A DNA stretch of 37,985 nucleotides from a virus. Its lineage: Duplodnaviria > Caudoviricetes. Positions 36,350-37,985 of the stretch are shown here, piece after piece (within the stretch, counting starts at the first letter, position 1; every line of letters starts with the position of its first letter). The notes below the pieces were generated by a model, which worked only from the letters and a program-made list of their open reading frames with translations, did no database searches and had not been told where the DNA came from. Made by a program: the position numbers and the translations under genes. The stretch covers positions 1 through 37,985 of IMG/VR virus record IMGVR_UViG_3300044878_000229. One strand, given 5' to 3'.

Positions 36350-36825
36350 TGGAGTCAGTACAACTGCTGTTCACCCGCCGTCGCTTGATCGGCAGCCTGC
36401 TCATCCGGGGTGTTACTTGGTCAGCGTTCAGTCATGTTGAGATTGTGGTCGGCGATCAGGTCATAGGCGCCAGCATGTTCGGCGGCGTGTCACTGACCCC
36501 GCTCAAGACTCGCCTTTCCAAAGCCAGCTATGCCGCTCTGGTCGACATGCCTTGTGCAGATGCGAACGCGATCAAGGCGACAGCCCTGAGTAAGCTGGGG
36601 GCCGGCTATGACTATGTGGGCCTGCTGGGCATCCTGTTCCACTCCAGCTGGCTGCAAGTGAAAGGTCGGTTCTTCTGTTCCGAGTTTGTGGCGTGGGCCT
36701 TCAGTCAGGGCGGTACACCGCTTTTGCGTGCCGAGCTGGCCCGCGTAACTCCGCAACACTTGTGGATGCTTCCTGCGCCAACGCAAACGGCTGGTAAGCC
36801 TGAGGCATTATTGGGTTTGACCTAA
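36349..36825 (+). CDS. Permuted papain-like NlpC/P60 (YiiX/YebB-like) peptidase
   Basis: His motif FSHVEI precedes GAGYD and the Cys motif FFCSEFV, then VTPQHL. Confidence 0.8.
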   Translation: MESVQLLFTRRRLIGSLLIRGVTWSAFSHVEIVVGDQVIGASMFGGVSLTPLKTRLSKASYAALVDMPCADANAIKATALSKLGAGYDYVGLLGILFHSSWLQVKGRFFCSEFVAWAFSQGGTPLLRAELARVTPQHLWMLPAPTQTAGKPEALLGLT

Positions 36826-36912
36826 GCCAAGCAACCACATGTAGCGGCGCGTTGGGTCGTCGAGAAAAATGGAGCGCAGTGGAAGAAGTGCTGTTCTTCA
36901 GATGGGATGTTC

Positions 36913-36936
36913 AGGCCGATCCAGTCGGCCTTTTTT
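36913..36936 (+). terminator. Intrinsic terminator of the last late operon
   Basis: AGGCCGA-TCCAG-TCGGCCT followed by a T-run. Confidence 0.8.
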
Positions 36937-36966
36937 GATATTCTGTTGCCAAGGGTGCAAAAGATT

Positions 36967-36984
36967 CTGCACTCATTTATCTCA
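36967..36984 (-). promoter_or_regulatory. Candidate transposase-binding site of the right phage end
   Basis: TGAGATAAATGAGTGCAG, inverted counterpart of the left-end motifs. Confidence 0.6.
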
Positions 36985-37017
36985 AATCAGAGCGTGGATT
37001 TTTCGCGCGCGGCATCA

Positions 37018-37023
37018 GTGGGG
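37018..37023 (+). repeat. Right copy of the 6-bp target-site duplication GTGGGG
   Basis: Immediately follows the terminal CA. Confidence 0.92.
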
Positions 37024-37310
37024 TGACCGTGCTGGGCATCGACGGCGTCATGCCGTTTGGTGATAGGCCGGCGACCGGAGGTTGAACACCCATCGGCGCA
37101 TTCGGCGTCAGTCCGCTGGGGGGCAGCGTGCCGAGCGGTGGGGCGACCGTGCTGGGCATCGACGGTGTCATGCCGCTTGGCGGGAGGCTGGCGACGGGAG
37201 GTTGTACGCCCATTGGCACGCTCGGGGTGACGCCATTGGGGCGCGAGAACCCATCGATTGAAGGCCTGGAAGGCGTGATGCCACTCGACGGTAAGTTAGC
37301 GATCGGCGGT
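37021..37310 (-). repeat. Coding tandem repeats, 60-bp units with 120-bp higher-order period (PPxxxLPPSGxTP...)
   Basis: 37021-37080 closely matches 37141-37200; the last unit continues at about 1990-2050. Confidence 0.85.
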
Positions 37311-37930
37311 ACTGCTGCGCCGGGAGCACCAGGCAAGGAGGGCAAACCACCGCCAGGGAGCAAGCCGCCCTCGGGAAACGTTGGCATTAGCCCGGGCAGC
37401 GAGGGCCTTTCGCTGGGTGGCTTGAGGATGGGCGGTAACTTCGGCGGCAGCTGAACCACTGGCGGGAAGACGATGCCACCTTTTTGATTCTTTGAATCGA
37501 TTTCGCAGGGGGCGCCGGTGACGTCGACCAGCGTATGGGGCAAACCACTGCCCTGTGAAACGACAGGGGACAGTGAAATATGCAGCCCGCGTCGGCTCTT
37601 GCTCCAAGTGTCCACGGCGCTGTTATTGGGCTCCTGGAGCGCGAACTCGCCGCTTCCGGTGCCCGATAACCAGACAGAGCGCGTCAGGTCCGAGTTTTTG
37701 CCAAGGAAGACCAAACCGCCCGGGGCTGAACAGTTCGCTGCATGGGCAGTTGGGACAACGATGAACAACATGCTGACGATGACAGAGTGAGCTGCCTTGC
37801 TCTTCAGGTTGATGTGCGACATGAACCAGCTCCCATTCCAAGCGCCCTTGGCAATGGAACGCTAGCATCGAATAGGAATATGGTCCAAATCAAGACTGAA
37901 GCGCCGCAGATTCTGTCGACATATCCGACC

Positions 37931-37980
37931 GACTGCTAAGGGTCGTTAGCTGACCTTTGCGAATGGCAGTAATGGGTCGA
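37931..37980 (+). repeat. 50-bp intergenic repeat unit related to 16-65
   Basis: GACTGCTAAGGGTCG...GGCAGTAATGGGTCGA; 33/50 identity to the reverse complement of 16-65. Confidence 0.55.
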
Positions 37981-37985
37981 TTGCA

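Larger units (their letters stand above)
2051..37017. mobile_element. Complete Mu-like transposable prophage (B3/BcepMu-type organisation, contractile tail), 34,967 bp
   Basis: TG...CA ends, 6-bp duplication, DDE transposase plus AAA ATPase, Mor, GemA, repressor, Mu-type terminase, portal, F, G and I genes, full tail module; no obvious broken ORFs. Confidence 0.96.
37018..37822 (-). pseudogene. N-terminal half (signal peptide, small passenger domain, Pro-rich repeats) of the interrupted autotransporter-like gene
   Basis: Signal peptide ending AHA; joins 2044-1083 in frame (MPSTVTPPVGTLPP); reads 13 codons into the phage end before a stop at 36977. Confidence 0.88.

Noticed and set aside
34279-36900. 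Invertible tail-fibre segment or diversity-generating retroelement
   Set aside because: No invertase or reverse transcriptase, no second fibre end, and no flanking inverted or template repeats seen

Overview
The window is dominated by an apparently complete transposable prophage of about 35 kb (2051-37017; TG...CA ends, 6-bp target duplication GTGGGG) of the B3/BcepMu type. It has a leftward early/transposition operon, a central repressor, Mu-like lysis, packaging and head genes, and a P2-like contractile tail. The GC-rich sequence and gene content suggest a Pseudomonas-like host. The phage splits a proline-repeat autotransporter-like host gene, which reassembles in frame to 588 aa when the phage and one duplication copy are removed. 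The most striking observation is an ungapped G/N/Q-rich motif of about 18 aa shared between the C-terminus of the repressor and the N-terminus of the adjacent membrane-anchored protein, followed by a secreted protein. This layout resembles amyloid-signalling gene pairs and could be an undescribed SOS-independent lysis/lysogeny switch. Other signals: four identical 21-bp late-promoter boxes with fixed -10 spacing, an operator palindrome inside the early promoter, antisense morons (two genes sharing one CATG), a candidate central gyrase site, and a host repeat family with an IS30-like remnant. Family assignments come from motif recognition and synteny, not from database searches.
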